Positions 32,026-41,277 of a DNA stretch of 64,000 bases are shown here, piece after piece. The notes under the pieces were generated by a model, which was not told the DNA's origin, ran no database searches, and was given only the letters and a program-made list of their open reading frames with translations. Source of the stretch: an uncultured Candidatus Rokubacteria bacterium (GTDB lineage: Bacteria > Methylomirabilota > Methylomirabilia > Rokubacteriales > DASRDR01); assembly GCA_963805625.1 (NCBI GenBank), contig CAWDVE010000017.1, positions 192,001 to 256,000 of the forward strand, given 5' to 3'. A program made the position numbers and the translations under genes. How positions within the stretch are numbered: position 1 is the first letter of the stretch; each line of letters opens with the position of its first letter.

Positions 32026-32886
32026 TCAGGCGCCGGCGCCGCGCCCCTGGCCGCGCAGCCGCGGCTCGAGGAGGTCGCGCACGCCGTCGCCCAGCAGATT
32101 CATGGACAGGACGACGAGCATGATGGCGAGACCAGGGAAGGTGGCCAGCCACCAGCCGGTGATGAGGTATTCTTTGCCGTCGGCGAGGGACATCCCCCAG
32201 CTCGGCGTCGGCGGCGGGACGCCGAGGCCGAGGAAGGACAGCGTCGACTCGAGCACGATGAGCCGGCCGATCTCGGTGGTCATGATCACCAGCGCGTACG
32301 AGACCACGTTCGGCAGAAGGTGGCGTCCGAGGATCCACCACGCCGGGCAGCCGAGGCTCCGGGCCGACTGGACGAAGTCGGACTCCCGGAGGCTCAGGGC
32401 CTGGCCGCGGACCACGCGTGCGTACGTGACCCAGCCGCTCAGCGCGAGGATGATCAGGAGGTTCCGCAGGCTCGGCCCGAGCACGGCGATGACTGTGATG
32501 GCGAAGAGCAGGAAGGGAAAGGCGAGCTGGATGTCGATGAGCTTCGCCACCACCGAGTCGGTACGGCCCCGGAGGTAGCCGCTCAGGAGGCCCAGCGCGA
32601 GCCCGATCGTGCCCCCGATCAGCGACGAGACCACGCCGACGAGGAGCGACACCCGGGCGCCGTAGACGAGGCGGCTCAGGATGTCGCGGCCGAGCTGGTC
32701 GGTGCCGAGGAGGTGAGCGGCGCTGCCGCGGGCCATCCACACCGGGGGGCGGAGCCGCGTGGCCAGGTCGCTCTTCGCCGGGTCGTGGGGCGCAAGGCGC
32801 GGCGCGAGGACCGCGCAGGCCGTGGCGGCGGCGAGGGGCAAGGCGGCCACGAGCAGCGTGAGCCGGAAGCGCCCGGGCCGGCTCAC
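32026..32886 (-). CDS. ABC permease (DppC-like)
   Basis: Motifs HLLGTDQLGRD, LSFLGLG and SWG. Confidence 0.93.
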   Translation of the reverse strand: MSRPGRFRLTLLVAALPLAAATACAVLAPRLAPHDPAKSDLATRLRPPVWMARGSAAHLLGTDQLGRDILSRLVYGARVSLLVGVVSSLIGGTIGLALGLLSGYLRGRTDSVVAKLIDIQLAFPFLLFAITVIAVLGPSLRNLLIILALSGWVTYARVVRGQALSLRESDFVQSARSLGCPAWWILGRHLLPNVVSYALVIMTTEIGRLIVLESTLSFLGLGVPPPTPSWGMSLADGKEYLITGWWLATFPGLAIMLVVLSMNLLGDGVRDLLEPRLRGQGRGAGA

Positions 32887-32917
32887 CGGACCGCCGTCGT
32901 CCGCGGGGCGATCCGCC

Positions 32918-33838
32918 TCACGCGCTGAGCCTCACCCGGGGATCGAGCCAGGCGTAGCAGAGGTCCACGAGGAGGTTCCCCAGCACGAAGACCATGGCCA
33001 TCACGAAGACCGCGGCCTCGACCAGGGGGAAGTCGCGGTTGTAGATGGCGAAGATCATGAGCCGGCCCACGCCGGGCCAGGCGAAGATCATCTCGCAGAC
33101 CAGCGCCCCGCCGAGCAGGAGGCCGAACTGGAGCCCGATGACGGTGACGATGGGCATCGCCGCGTTCTTGAGTGCGTGCTTGAGGACGATCAGGTGCTCC
33201 CCAAGCCCCTTGGCCCGCGCCGTGCGGACGTAGTCGGCGTCGAGCACTTCGAGCATCCCCGACCGTACGAGCCGTGCCATCGCCGCCATCGGGTAGCTGG
33301 CCAGCGTGAGAGCGGGCATGACCAGGTGCTGCCACGTGCCGTACCCGGTGGTGGGAAGGAGCTTGAGGGTTACCGAGAGGACGAGCATGAGCATGAGGCC
33401 GGTCCAGAAGATCGGCGCGGACTGGCCGAGGGCGGCGAGGCCGACCGCGAGGTGGTCGAGCGTGGTGCCGCGCCGCGCGGCGGCCGCGATGCCCAGCGGG
33501 ACCGACAGCGCGACGGCGAGCGCGAGCGCCGTCACCGTGAGGAGGATGGACGCGGGCAGGCGCTCCATCACCAGGCGCATGGCCGGTTGCTGGTGCTGGA
33601 GCGACGTCCCGAAGTCGCCGCGCAGGAGCTTCGTCACGAACCGCCAGTACTGGACGTGGAGGGGCTGGTCGAGGCCGAGGTTGCGGGTGAGCGCCTCGAT
33701 CTCCTCGCGGGACGGGTCCGGAGGCAGCAGCATCATCACCGGGTCTCCGGTCAGGTGCAGGACTACGAAAACGAGCGTGAGGACGCAGGCGGCGACGATT
33801 GCCGTGTGAGCGAGCTTCGCGAGGAGATAGTCACGCAT
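32918..33838 (-). CDS. ABC permease (DppB-like)
   Basis: Motifs GDPV, DYVRTARAKG and RDFPLV. Confidence 0.93.
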   Translation of the reverse strand: MRDYLLAKLAHTAIVAACVLTLVFVVLHLTGDPVMMLLPPDPSREEIEALTRNLGLDQPLHVQYWRFVTKLLRGDFGTSLQHQQPAMRLVMERLPASILLTVTALALAVALSVPLGIAAAARRGTTLDHLAVGLAALGQSAPIFWTGLMLMLVLSVTLKLLPTTGYGTWQHLVMPALTLASYPMAAMARLVRSGMLEVLDADYVRTARAKGLGEHLIVLKHALKNAAMPIVTVIGLQFGLLLGGALVCEMIFAWPGVGRLMIFAIYNRDFPLVEAAVFVMAMVFVLGNLLVDLCYAWLDPRVRLSA

Positions 33839-33901
33839 GGCGGACGGCGGAAGCCGCCGGCCGGCATCGGGCGCGCCGGCCGCCCGACGCCGGAGCCGGG
33901 C

Positions 33902-35449
33902 CTAGCGGAGGCCGATATCGTACACGATGATACGCTGGTCGCCGCGCGTCTTGTAGGCGACCTCGTTCCGGGCGGCATCGATCAGCTCGCCCTGGAAGAG
34001 GAAGAGCTCGACCGCCTCGTCGTGCCAGATCTGGGCGGCCTCATGGTAGAGCCGGAGGCGCTTCTCGGCGTCCAGGCTGAATCGCGCCTCCTCCATGATC
34101 TGGTAGAAGCGGGTGCCCTCGTAGTTCCCGGGCCAGATCTTGTGAACGATGCCGCCGGGGCCGTGGAGGCGCCACAGGACCCCGTCGGTGTCGTAGGTCG
34201 TGCTGGCGGGGTCGGCGAGCAGCAGCCCCGGGAAGGTGTTGGCGCGGAGGAGCTGGATCCGCGTGGACGGCTCCAGCACGCTGACCTTGGCGCGGACTCC
34301 CACTTCGCCGAGCATGGCGGCCACCGCCTCCGTGAGCTGCCGGTCGTTCAGGTGGATGCCATTGCCACTCTGGAGCTCGATCTCGACGCCGCCCGCGAAG
34401 CCGGCCTCGGCGAGGAGCTTCTTCGCCATCGCGGGGTCGTACGGGTAAGGCTTGATGCCCGGGTTGAAGCCGAAGTCGGTGTTTGGAATTCCGCTTCCGA
34501 TCGGGATCGCGTAACCGTTGTAGAGCTCCTTGATGATCTTGTTCTTGTCGACGGCGTAGTTGAGGGCCTGACGAACCTTGGTGTTGGCGAGGGGTCCCTT
34601 CTGCGCATTGATGAGGTACACCGTGATGAGGTTGGTCAGGGTGTGCTCGACCCGGCAGCACCCGGTCTTGTCGATCTGCGCCACGTGGTCGGGGAGCACC
34701 TTGGTGATCAGCTGCGCCTCGCCCCGCGTCAGCGCGGCCACGCGGGCGAAGTTGTCCGGGACGGGCCGCCACACGACCTTCCTGATCTTGGGCGCACCCC
34801 GCCAGTATCCGTCATTGGCCTCGAGGACGACCCGGTCGTCCTTGACCCACTCCACGAACTTGTACGGCCCGGTGCCGATCGGCTTGAGGGCGAAGTCCTT
34901 CCAGTCCACCTGCTTCAGGTACTGGGGTGGGAGCATCTGGCCGCCGTAGCCGGCGAAGCGCTTCACGAGGATCGGGTCGGGCTTGCTGGTGACCACGTTG
35001 ATCGTGTACGGATCGACGACCTCGGCCCGCTCGATCGTGGCGAAGCCGCCGTAGACTTGATGGACGCCCTTCGTGATGAGCCGGTCGATCGTGAACTTAG
35101 CGGCCTCGGCATTGAACGGCTCTCCGTTGTGAAACTTCACGCCCTGGCGGAGCTTGAACTGCCACGTCGTAGGGTTGACGCTCCGCCACGAGACGGCCAA
35201 CTCGGGGGCCACCTTGCCGATGTCCTTCGAGTCCCAGGTCACCAGCGCGTCGTAGATGTTGTAGAAGAGGTTGAGATTGTGGATCTGCGTCGCCTGGGTC
35301 GGATCGAGCGTAGTGATGTCGGCGCCCTGGGCGATGACGAGGGTCGGTCCCTGGGCGGGCGCGGGGCTGGCCATCAGCAAGGCGAGGGCGATGCTCGCCA
35401 GGAAGGCGCGGAGCGCCACTCGGGACCTCGGCCGGATGAAGGGTCGCAT
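33902..35449 (-). CDS. Peptide/nickel-type ABC substrate-binding protein (family 5)
   Basis: AAGGAGG RBS 8 nt before the ATG at 35449; TLDP, PELAVSW, FHNGEPF and GTGPY. Confidence 0.92.
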   Translation of the reverse strand: MRPFIRPRSRVALRAFLASIALALLMASPAPAQGPTLVIAQGADITTLDPTQATQIHNLNLFYNIYDALVTWDSKDIGKVAPELAVSWRSVNPTTWQFKLRQGVKFHNGEPFNAEAAKFTIDRLITKGVHQVYGGFATIERAEVVDPYTINVVTSKPDPILVKRFAGYGGQMLPPQYLKQVDWKDFALKPIGTGPYKFVEWVKDDRVVLEANDGYWRGAPKIRKVVWRPVPDNFARVAALTRGEAQLITKVLPDHVAQIDKTGCCRVEHTLTNLITVYLINAQKGPLANTKVRQALNYAVDKNKIIKELYNGYAIPIGSGIPNTDFGFNPGIKPYPYDPAMAKKLLAEAGFAGGVEIELQSGNGIHLNDRQLTEAVAAMLGEVGVRAKVSVLEPSTRIQLLRANTFPGLLLADPASTTYDTDGVLWRLHGPGGIVHKIWPGNYEGTRFYQIMEEARFSLDAEKRLRLYHEAAQIWHDEAVELFLFQGELIDAARNEVAYKTRGDQRIIVYDIGLR

Positions 35450-35563
35450 CAGCATGTCCTCCTTCGCCCCGGACCGCGAGTCCGGGCGCTCAGCATGCAC
35501 AGGCTCTCGCCGGGGACCGCGGCGCCCGCGGAAGCCGCCGGATCCCGGCGTGCATCGTCGCGC

Positions 35564-36481
35564 TCACGGATAGGCCGGCGTGCGCCACTCGGGATGGGGT
35601 CCCGAGCCGCCGCGGACCGCCTGGAAGTAGGCCTCGCGCACCTTGGCGGTCAGGGGGCCGACGGCGCCGTCCCCGATCGGATGCCGGTCGACCGACAGGA
35701 TCGGCGTCACCTCGGCGGCGGTCCCGGCGAAAAAGGCCTCATCGGCGATGTAGAGCTCGGTCCGATCAACCTCTCGCTCCCAAGGCTCGACCGACAGGGT
35801 CTCACGGAAGAGCGTCAGGAGCGTCGCGCGGGTCACGCCTTCCAGAATGTTGCTGGTGACAGGCGAGGTGATGGGCTGCCCGTCGCGGACCAAGAACAGG
35901 GTGTAGCCTGGACCTTCGGCGACGCTCCCGTCGCTGTTGAGCAGGATCGCATCGTCGTAGCCGTCCGTCCTCGCCTGGAGCAGGGCGAGCCGGCTGTTCT
36001 GATAGTTGGCCGCTGCCTTGACCCGGGGCGGGATGGCGTTGTCCGAGGTGCGGTCCCAGGAGCTCACCGCCACATGGAGGCCGCCGGCGCCGAAGTAGCG
36101 GCCGGTCGGAATGGGCGCCAGCACGTAGCTCACCGGCTCGCGGGAGGCCAGCCCGCCGTCGTCGGTGTCGACGAAGACGATCAGGCGCACGTGGAGGTCC
36201 TCGCGAAATCCGTTTGCGCGGATCACCTCGTGCGTCTCCTGCTCGAGACGAGCGAGGTCCGCCGGGAGCGGGATCCGGGCGATCTTGGCGGACCGCTGGA
36301 GCCGGCGGAGGTGATCGCGGAGGCGGAAGACGTAGAGCTGCTGGTCCGGGTCGCTCCAGTACGCGCGCATCGCCTCGTACACGCTGGCGGCGTACTTCAT
36401 CGCGGTAGACAGGACGTGGACCCGCGCGTCCTCGTACGGAATGATCCGGCCGTTCATCAGGAGCAGGCGAGGCTTGGCCAT
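35564..36481 (-). CDS. ilvE: Branched-chain amino acid aminotransferase (class IV PLP)
   Basis: Motifs FRLRDHLRRL, KAAANY, AEGPG, ILEGVTR and ADEAFFAGTAAEV. TAACGT lies 7 nt before the ATG. Confidence 0.88.
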   Translation of the reverse strand: MAKPRLLLMNGRIIPYEDARVHVLSTAMKYAASVYEAMRAYWSDPDQQLYVFRLRDHLRRLQRSAKIARIPLPADLARLEQETHEVIRANGFREDLHVRLIVFVDTDDGGLASREPVSYVLAPIPTGRYFGAGGLHVAVSSWDRTSDNAIPPRVKAAANYQNSRLALLQARTDGYDDAILLNSDGSVAEGPGYTLFLVRDGQPITSPVTSNILEGVTRATLLTLFRETLSVEPWEREVDRTELYIADEAFFAGTAAEVTPILSVDRHPIGDGAVGPLTAKVREAYFQAVRGGSGPHPEWRTPAYP

Positions 36482-36674
36482 GGGGGCCACGTTACCCGAA
36501 GCGTCGGCCGGGCGGCAAGGGATGGAAGGGAAGGTCACGTCGAGGGCTCCCGCCCGCCGGCCTGCTCGCGTGCGCAGACGCGGCGACGAGCGGCCCTCAC
36601 CTGCGGTACCCTCGGGGAAACGGTGTTCGACGGCGCCGGCGGCGCGTGACGTACAGGTCCGGGAGGATGACGGC

Positions 36675-37082
36675 GTGAAGATGAAGAAGGGGTTTCGGCA
36701 GCTGGTCGACGAGGCCAAGTCGCGCGTCCGGACGCTCACTCTGGAGGAGGCCCGGGCGCGACACGGCCGGGCCGACATCGTCTTCGTCGACGTCCGCGAC
36801 GTCCGAGAGCTCGAGCGGGAGGGCCTGATCCCCGGCGCCTTCCACTGTCCCCGCGGCATGCTCGAGTTCTGGATCGATCCGGAGAGCCCCTACTTCAAGG
36901 ACGTGTTCGGCTCGGGGAAGGAGTTCGTCTTCTACTGCAACGCCGCGTGGCGGTCGGCGCTCGCGGCCGACACCGCTCAGCAGATGGGGCTCGAGCGCGT
37001 CACGGAGATGGACGGCGGGTTCACCGCGTGGAAGGCCGCCGGATTCCCCGTCGCGGAGCCCCCCGCCAAGAAGCCCGCCTGA
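36675..37082 (+). CDS. Rhodanese-like domain protein
   Basis: Motifs VDVRD, IPGA, RGMLEF, FYCNAAWRS and GGFTAW. Confidence 0.92.
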   Translation: MKMKKGFRQLVDEAKSRVRTLTLEEARARHGRADIVFVDVRDVRELEREGLIPGAFHCPRGMLEFWIDPESPYFKDVFGSGKEFVFYCNAAWRSALAADTAQQMGLERVTEMDGGFTAWKAAGFPVAEPPAKKPA

Positions 37083-37119
37083 CGTCCGGGTCGGGCGCCG
37101 CCGCGAGACGGCTGCCCGA

Positions 37120-37782
37120 CTACGGGGCCCCCCTTCGCGCATCGCAGTACTCGGGATTGCGCCAGACGATGAACGCCGCTTTGTTGTCGCACGAGGCGTC
37201 GGTGACGTAGTTCTGGATGATCCCGTGCACGCGAAAGCCGCACCGGAGCTGCACGCTGAGCGTCGGATCGACGAGCCGGTCGGCGATCACCAGGGCCACG
37301 TACTCCTCGACCGGCATCCGGTCTTTCCACAGGCCGTACCCATTGAGCAGGCCGCCCGCGATGTGCCCCCTGAGATTCAGGCGTCGGACGAGCGCGTGGC
37401 GGGCTCCGTAGAGGAGCCGGGCGATCCCTCGACGGCGATACTCCGGGAGGACGCCGATGTCCGCGCCGTAGAGCCAGTCGCCGTCCGGGTCGTGGTGGCC
37501 GAGCCAGTTGTGATCGACCGCGTCGATGTAGCGGTGCTCGATGTGATCGAGGTCGGCCGTCGTCCGGAAGTCCGTCGAGCAGGCGACCGGTCGGCCGGCG
37601 GCGGTGACGGCGGCGAGCTGGCCCTCTGGAAAGCGCTCGAGGTGGGCCCGGTAATGCGCGGCAGTGATCAGCTCGTGCTCGGCCAAGGTGGGGAACGACG
37701 CCCGCTGAATGGCCTCCAGCTCGACGGCCATGCCGGGCGTGCTGTTGACGACCGAGAAGGCCTGGCTCGCGGAGTCCGTCAC
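37120..37782 (-). CDS. GNAT family N-acetyltransferase
   Basis: FPEGQ, HDPDGDWLYGADIGV and acetyl-CoA motif YRRRGIA. Confidence 0.85.
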   Translation of the reverse strand: MTDSASQAFSVVNSTPGMAVELEAIQRASFPTLAEHELITAAHYRAHLERFPEGQLAAVTAAGRPVACSTDFRTTADLDHIEHRYIDAVDHNWLGHHDPDGDWLYGADIGVLPEYRRRGIARLLYGARHALVRRLNLRGHIAGGLLNGYGLWKDRMPVEEYVALVIADRLVDPTLSVQLRCGFRVHGIIQNYVTDASCDNKAAFIVWRNPEYCDARRGAP

Positions 37783-38996
37783 GGCGCCGCGCGGGTTCGG
37801 CCGTAGGTCTCGGGGGCGCGCCACGCGAACAGGACGCCGACGCCGGCCAGGAGCCCGGCGCCGGTCGCGAGGGCCGTTTCGATGCCGAAGGCATCGGTCA
37901 CGAGGCCGAGCACGATCGGTCCGATGACGTAGCCGGAGTCGGCGAGCGTCCGGTAGAGGCTCATCGCCGCCGCGTTCATCCGGGGCGGGGCCACGTCGAC
38001 GGCGTAGGCGGCCGGGGCTACCCCGCCGATTCCCTGGGCGATGCTCCAGACGAGGGACGCCGTCACGAACCACGCATAGGACGGGGCCAGCAGGAACAGG
38101 AGCAGCGAGACGCTGGTCAGGAGCGTGGCTGGCACGATCACGGCCTTCCGGCCGTAGCGGTCCACCAGCACGCCGGCGGGATAGGCAAGCCCGAAGCCGG
38201 CGAGGCTGCCGAGCGCCATGGCGAATCCGATCCGGTCCGGGCTCAGCCGCAGGCGATCCTGGCCGAGGACCGGAATCACGTTGAACAGAGCGCCCGTCCG
38301 GGTGAAGGCATTCGCGAAGCTCACCAGGCTGACCAGGAGAAACCCGATCCGGCTGGCGAGGACACGTAGCTGCGCCCTGAACGGCGGGGCCGGCGAGAGC
38401 GATTCCGCGGCGCCCGGGCGTCGGAGCGCCATCGTCTCGGGGACCTGGAGCCAGGCGACCAGCCCCGCGAGCGTGCCGGTGATCGCATAGGCGACGAACG
38501 GGGCCGACAGGCCGAATCGCTCCGCCAGCACCCCTCCCGGGAAAGGTCCGAGGCCGACCGCGAACAGGAAGCTGCCCTGGTAGATCGCCATCGCGCGCCC
38601 GCGCCCCGCCGGCGTGGTGATGTCGGCCAGCACGATCTGGCCCGCCGTCAGGACGAACGCCGCCCCGGCGCCGGCCACGAACCGCGCGCCCACGAAGGTG
38701 GGGTAGTTCGGGGCGTACGCGCAGAGGAGGTTGCCGGCGGCCGTCACGAGCCCTCCGAGGGCGAGCGCCGGGCGTCGACCGAGCCTGTCGGAGACCTGTC
38801 CGACCGGCACGGCCACCAGGAAGCGCGCCAGCCCGTAGACCGCGATGGAGACTCCGATCGCCGCCTGGGACACCCCGAACGACCGAGCGTAGAGGGGGAG
38901 CACGGGCACCACGCTCCCGAACCCGAGCTGGTTGATCCCGATCAGGATGCACATCCAGACCAGGATCCGAACGTCGCTCTGCGGCGGGCGGGTCAC
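37779..38996 (-). CDS. MFS transporter
   Basis: Motif A in both halves (SDRLGRR, VDRYGRK); about 12 TMs. Confidence 0.92.
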   Translation of the reverse strand: MTRPPQSDVRILVWMCILIGINQLGFGSVVPVLPLYARSFGVSQAAIGVSIAVYGLARFLVAVPVGQVSDRLGRRPALALGGLVTAAGNLLCAYAPNYPTFVGARFVAGAGAAFVLTAGQIVLADITTPAGRGRAMAIYQGSFLFAVGLGPFPGGVLAERFGLSAPFVAYAITGTLAGLVAWLQVPETMALRRPGAAESLSPAPPFRAQLRVLASRIGFLLVSLVSFANAFTRTGALFNVIPVLGQDRLRLSPDRIGFAMALGSLAGFGLAYPAGVLVDRYGRKAVIVPATLLTSVSLLLFLLAPSYAWFVTASLVWSIAQGIGGVAPAAYAVDVAPPRMNAAAMSLYRTLADSGYVIGPIVLGLVTDAFGIETALATGAGLLAGVGVLFAWRAPETYGRTRAAP

Positions 38997-39148
38997 GGCC
39001 CGATCACGGGGATCTTGGCACCAAGGCCGCGCACCACCCCCGACGGGCCGCGCAGCCTGTTGGGCGTCACAGGGGCCGGTGGGCGGACCGGCAGCGATTC
39101 GCGCGGTCCATCATCGGCGCAGCGTCTCCGAGTTGGCGGCGTCGAGCG

Positions 39149-39513
39149 CTAGCTTGCGGCGCGCCGCTTGGGCGGCCGCAACTTCACCGCCTTCTGGGCG
39201 CGCAAGCCCAAAGCCCGAATGGCGGTCGAGACGCTCACGCCCTTCAGGCGAAGGCGCACCGTCTTCTTGACGCGTGAGACCGGCACCAGCACGTCCCGGG
39301 TCAGGAGCCGGTCGAACTTCGCGGCGACCTGTCCGAGCGGCAAGCCCGAGACCGACACGTCGATCTTGTTGCCGAGACTCAGCACGCCCGCCGACCCGCT
39401 AGGCTCCTCGCCGTAGCATTCGCAGTCGCAGGTGTCTGACTCGTACACGTAGACGCAGCCACAGCCTCCGGGGGACACACGATCTTGCATCGTCCAGCAC
39501 TGCACGTCGCCAT
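39149..39513 (-). CDS. Small Cys-rich protein with C-terminal STN/secretin-N0-like domain, frameshifted at a C5 run
   Basis: AAGGAG RBS and ATG at 39513 give MATCSAGRCKIVCP; the reading continues in another frame as GGCGCVYVYESDTCDCECY...KIDVSVSGLPL...VRLRLKGVSVSTAIRAL. Confidence 0.55.
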
Positions 39514-39630
39514 GGGCGTCGCTCCTTCCCCAGGGGGCCCTGGGTCGTCAAGCCAGTCTGACATGGGAGAACGACGCGGCATAGGGCTCCGGCGCCGGGA
39601 ACAGGGCATTCGATGACCTGATCAAACCGC

Positions 39631-40242
39631 GTGCGAGACACACCCCACAAGGTCGACTGGTACCCGAGTCCCCCGACAGGACCACCATCGAAATGGTTGG
39701 CGGTTCGCCGGAGTCCTATCCCTTCACACGCACGCTGGGGGGCCCATGGTGAGCTCCGATACGCCACCTCGGACAACTGGGGATGGACACGCGAGTCCGG
39801 GAGAGGATTTGGGGATGCGACGACCATCCCGACCCTGATGGTGGAGCATCGATTCATCGGTCGAACCAGTGGAGAGCAGCCAGTCGCGGTGACGGCGCGG
39901 ATTCGCCTGGACCGGAGCGTGGGCAAGATCGTGCCCCCGACGCCTTCCACGAGCGGCCCTCTCCCGCCGCGCAAGGCGCTCAAGGACTCCTCCGATCTTG
40001 CCACGCTGGCTGGTCGATGGCGTGGATTCGTCCGGACGGACGGCCGTGAGTTCGATGTCCCAGTCGAGTTCACTCTCGAGCCGGATGGGACGCTTCGCGT
40101 CGCCCTGAGTGAGCCGGTCACGGAGCGATTCCGCGCGACGATGTCGGTCCGCGACGGCGGTCTGGCATATGTGGGGACCAACGGGGTGAATGGCCCGTTC
40201 GCGCTGCACGAGCAGGACGGGCGGCGGATCCTGGCGGGGTAG
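39631..40242 (+). pseudogene. Hypothetical protein or gene remnant
   Basis: C-terminal half looks protein-like (LAGRWRGFV...LHEQDGRRILAG). No clear start or RBS; visibly more AT-rich than the flanks. Confidence 0.3.
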
Positions 40243-40350
40243 GTCACCAATCCCCGCCAGAGCTCTGAGGCTCCGGTTGGCCACACCATCAGGGTGCAGT
40301 GGCAGGGGCCGCAGCGGATCGCCTCGAAGCGGGCGCGGCCCGTCACGCCC

Positions 40351-40617
40351 TCACGCCGCGTCGTCCCCCCCGCGCCGGAGCGGTCGCACCAGGCGGAGAT
40401 CCGGCTGGCCGTCCCGCCCGTCCGGCTTCTTCTCGTTGGTGAAGGCGAGGTAGCTCAACCGCTCGTCCCCGCGCACGAGCGCCGCGATCGCGTCCGCGAT
40501 CACCGCGCCGGCGTCGATCTCGATCGCGAGAAATGGCCCGCTCGAGCCCGTCTTCTGCCAGGCCGCTCCGACGTCTTGCCGTCCGTTCCGCCCGCGCCGG
40601 ATGTCCGTCGTGGCCAT
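40351..40617 (-). CDS. DUF736-like small protein
   Basis: GAGGAGG RBS; motifs VGAAWQKT..GPFLAI and NEKKPDGR..QPDLR. Confidence 0.65.
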   Translation of the reverse strand: MATTDIRRGRNGRQDVGAAWQKTGSSGPFLAIEIDAGAVIADAIAALVRGDERLSYLAFTNEKKPDGRDGQPDLRLVRPLRRGGDDAA

Positions 40618-40628
40618 GCTCGACCTCC

Positions 40629-41078
40629 TCAGGTGGGTTTCTCGCCGGCGGCGACGCGCGCCCGACCCAGGAGATTGACCACGATGCGACGGGTTTCCCC
40701 GCCGCTCCGGATCGTGATCGTCCCGGCGGGCACCGCGAAGCCCTTCGACGAGAACTGGATCGTGACGTTGCTCGTGGCGACCGCCCCGTCCACGAGGCGA
40801 TGAGGTCCCTCAACCGTCTGGGCGTCGCCGCCGGGATCGGCGACGATCCGGAAGCCCCGCCCGTCGGGTTCGAGGACGAGCGCGTGGGTCACGTCCTGGG
40901 CGCGCGCGCGAGCCCTCGTAAGGTGGACCGCCGCGTAGAGGTCGGCGGTCGCCCCGCCCGCCCGGTATCCCTCGAGGGCCGCGCCCACCGTGGGGACGGC
41001 GGCGCCCATCAGGATCCCCAGTACCAGCAGGACGACGACGACCTCGACCAGCGTGACCCCGCACTGCCCACCTCGCAT
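40629..41078 (-). CDS. GspH/FimT family type IV minor pilin
   Basis: Prepilin cleavage motif G|VTLVE, hydrophobic helix, IQFSSKG and C-terminal GRAR; AGGAGG RBS. Confidence 0.85.
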   Translation of the reverse strand: MRGGQCGVTLVEVVVVLLVLGILMGAAVPTVGAALEGYRAGGATADLYAAVHLTRARARAQDVTHALVLEPDGRGFRIVADPGGDAQTVEGPHRLVDGAVATSNVTIQFSSKGFAVPAGTITIRSGGETRRIVVNLLGRARVAAGEKPT

Positions 41079-41101
41079 GGCGACCTCCTGCCGATTCACG
41101 G

Positions 41102-41117
41102 AGCAATGGCGGTGCCA
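41102..41117 (-). promoter_or_regulatory. Sigma54 (-24/-12) promoter of the pilin-DUF736 unit
   Basis: Minus strand reads TGGCAC-CGCCA-TTGCT, a full consensus match just upstream of the pilin RBS. Confidence 0.8.
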
Positions 41118-41277
41118 TCGCGCGCCGGGCGGCCCGCGGAGTCCGATCCATCCATTTCACGCGGACTTGAGCCTCGTGGACGCCCGAGCGGTCTCTCGAC
41201 GCGTGACGTGACCGTCGGCCCGTGTGGACGAGGTGCATCGAAACGGATGCGCCGGGGCGCGCCCGGCCCCGGTCAGG

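Noticed and set aside
32759-36649. 1296-aa plus-strand ORF and other long antisense ORFs (e.g. 54357-57128, 49462-52068)
   Set aside because: Shadow ORFs opposite well-supported genes, expected at this GC content; no domain motifs.
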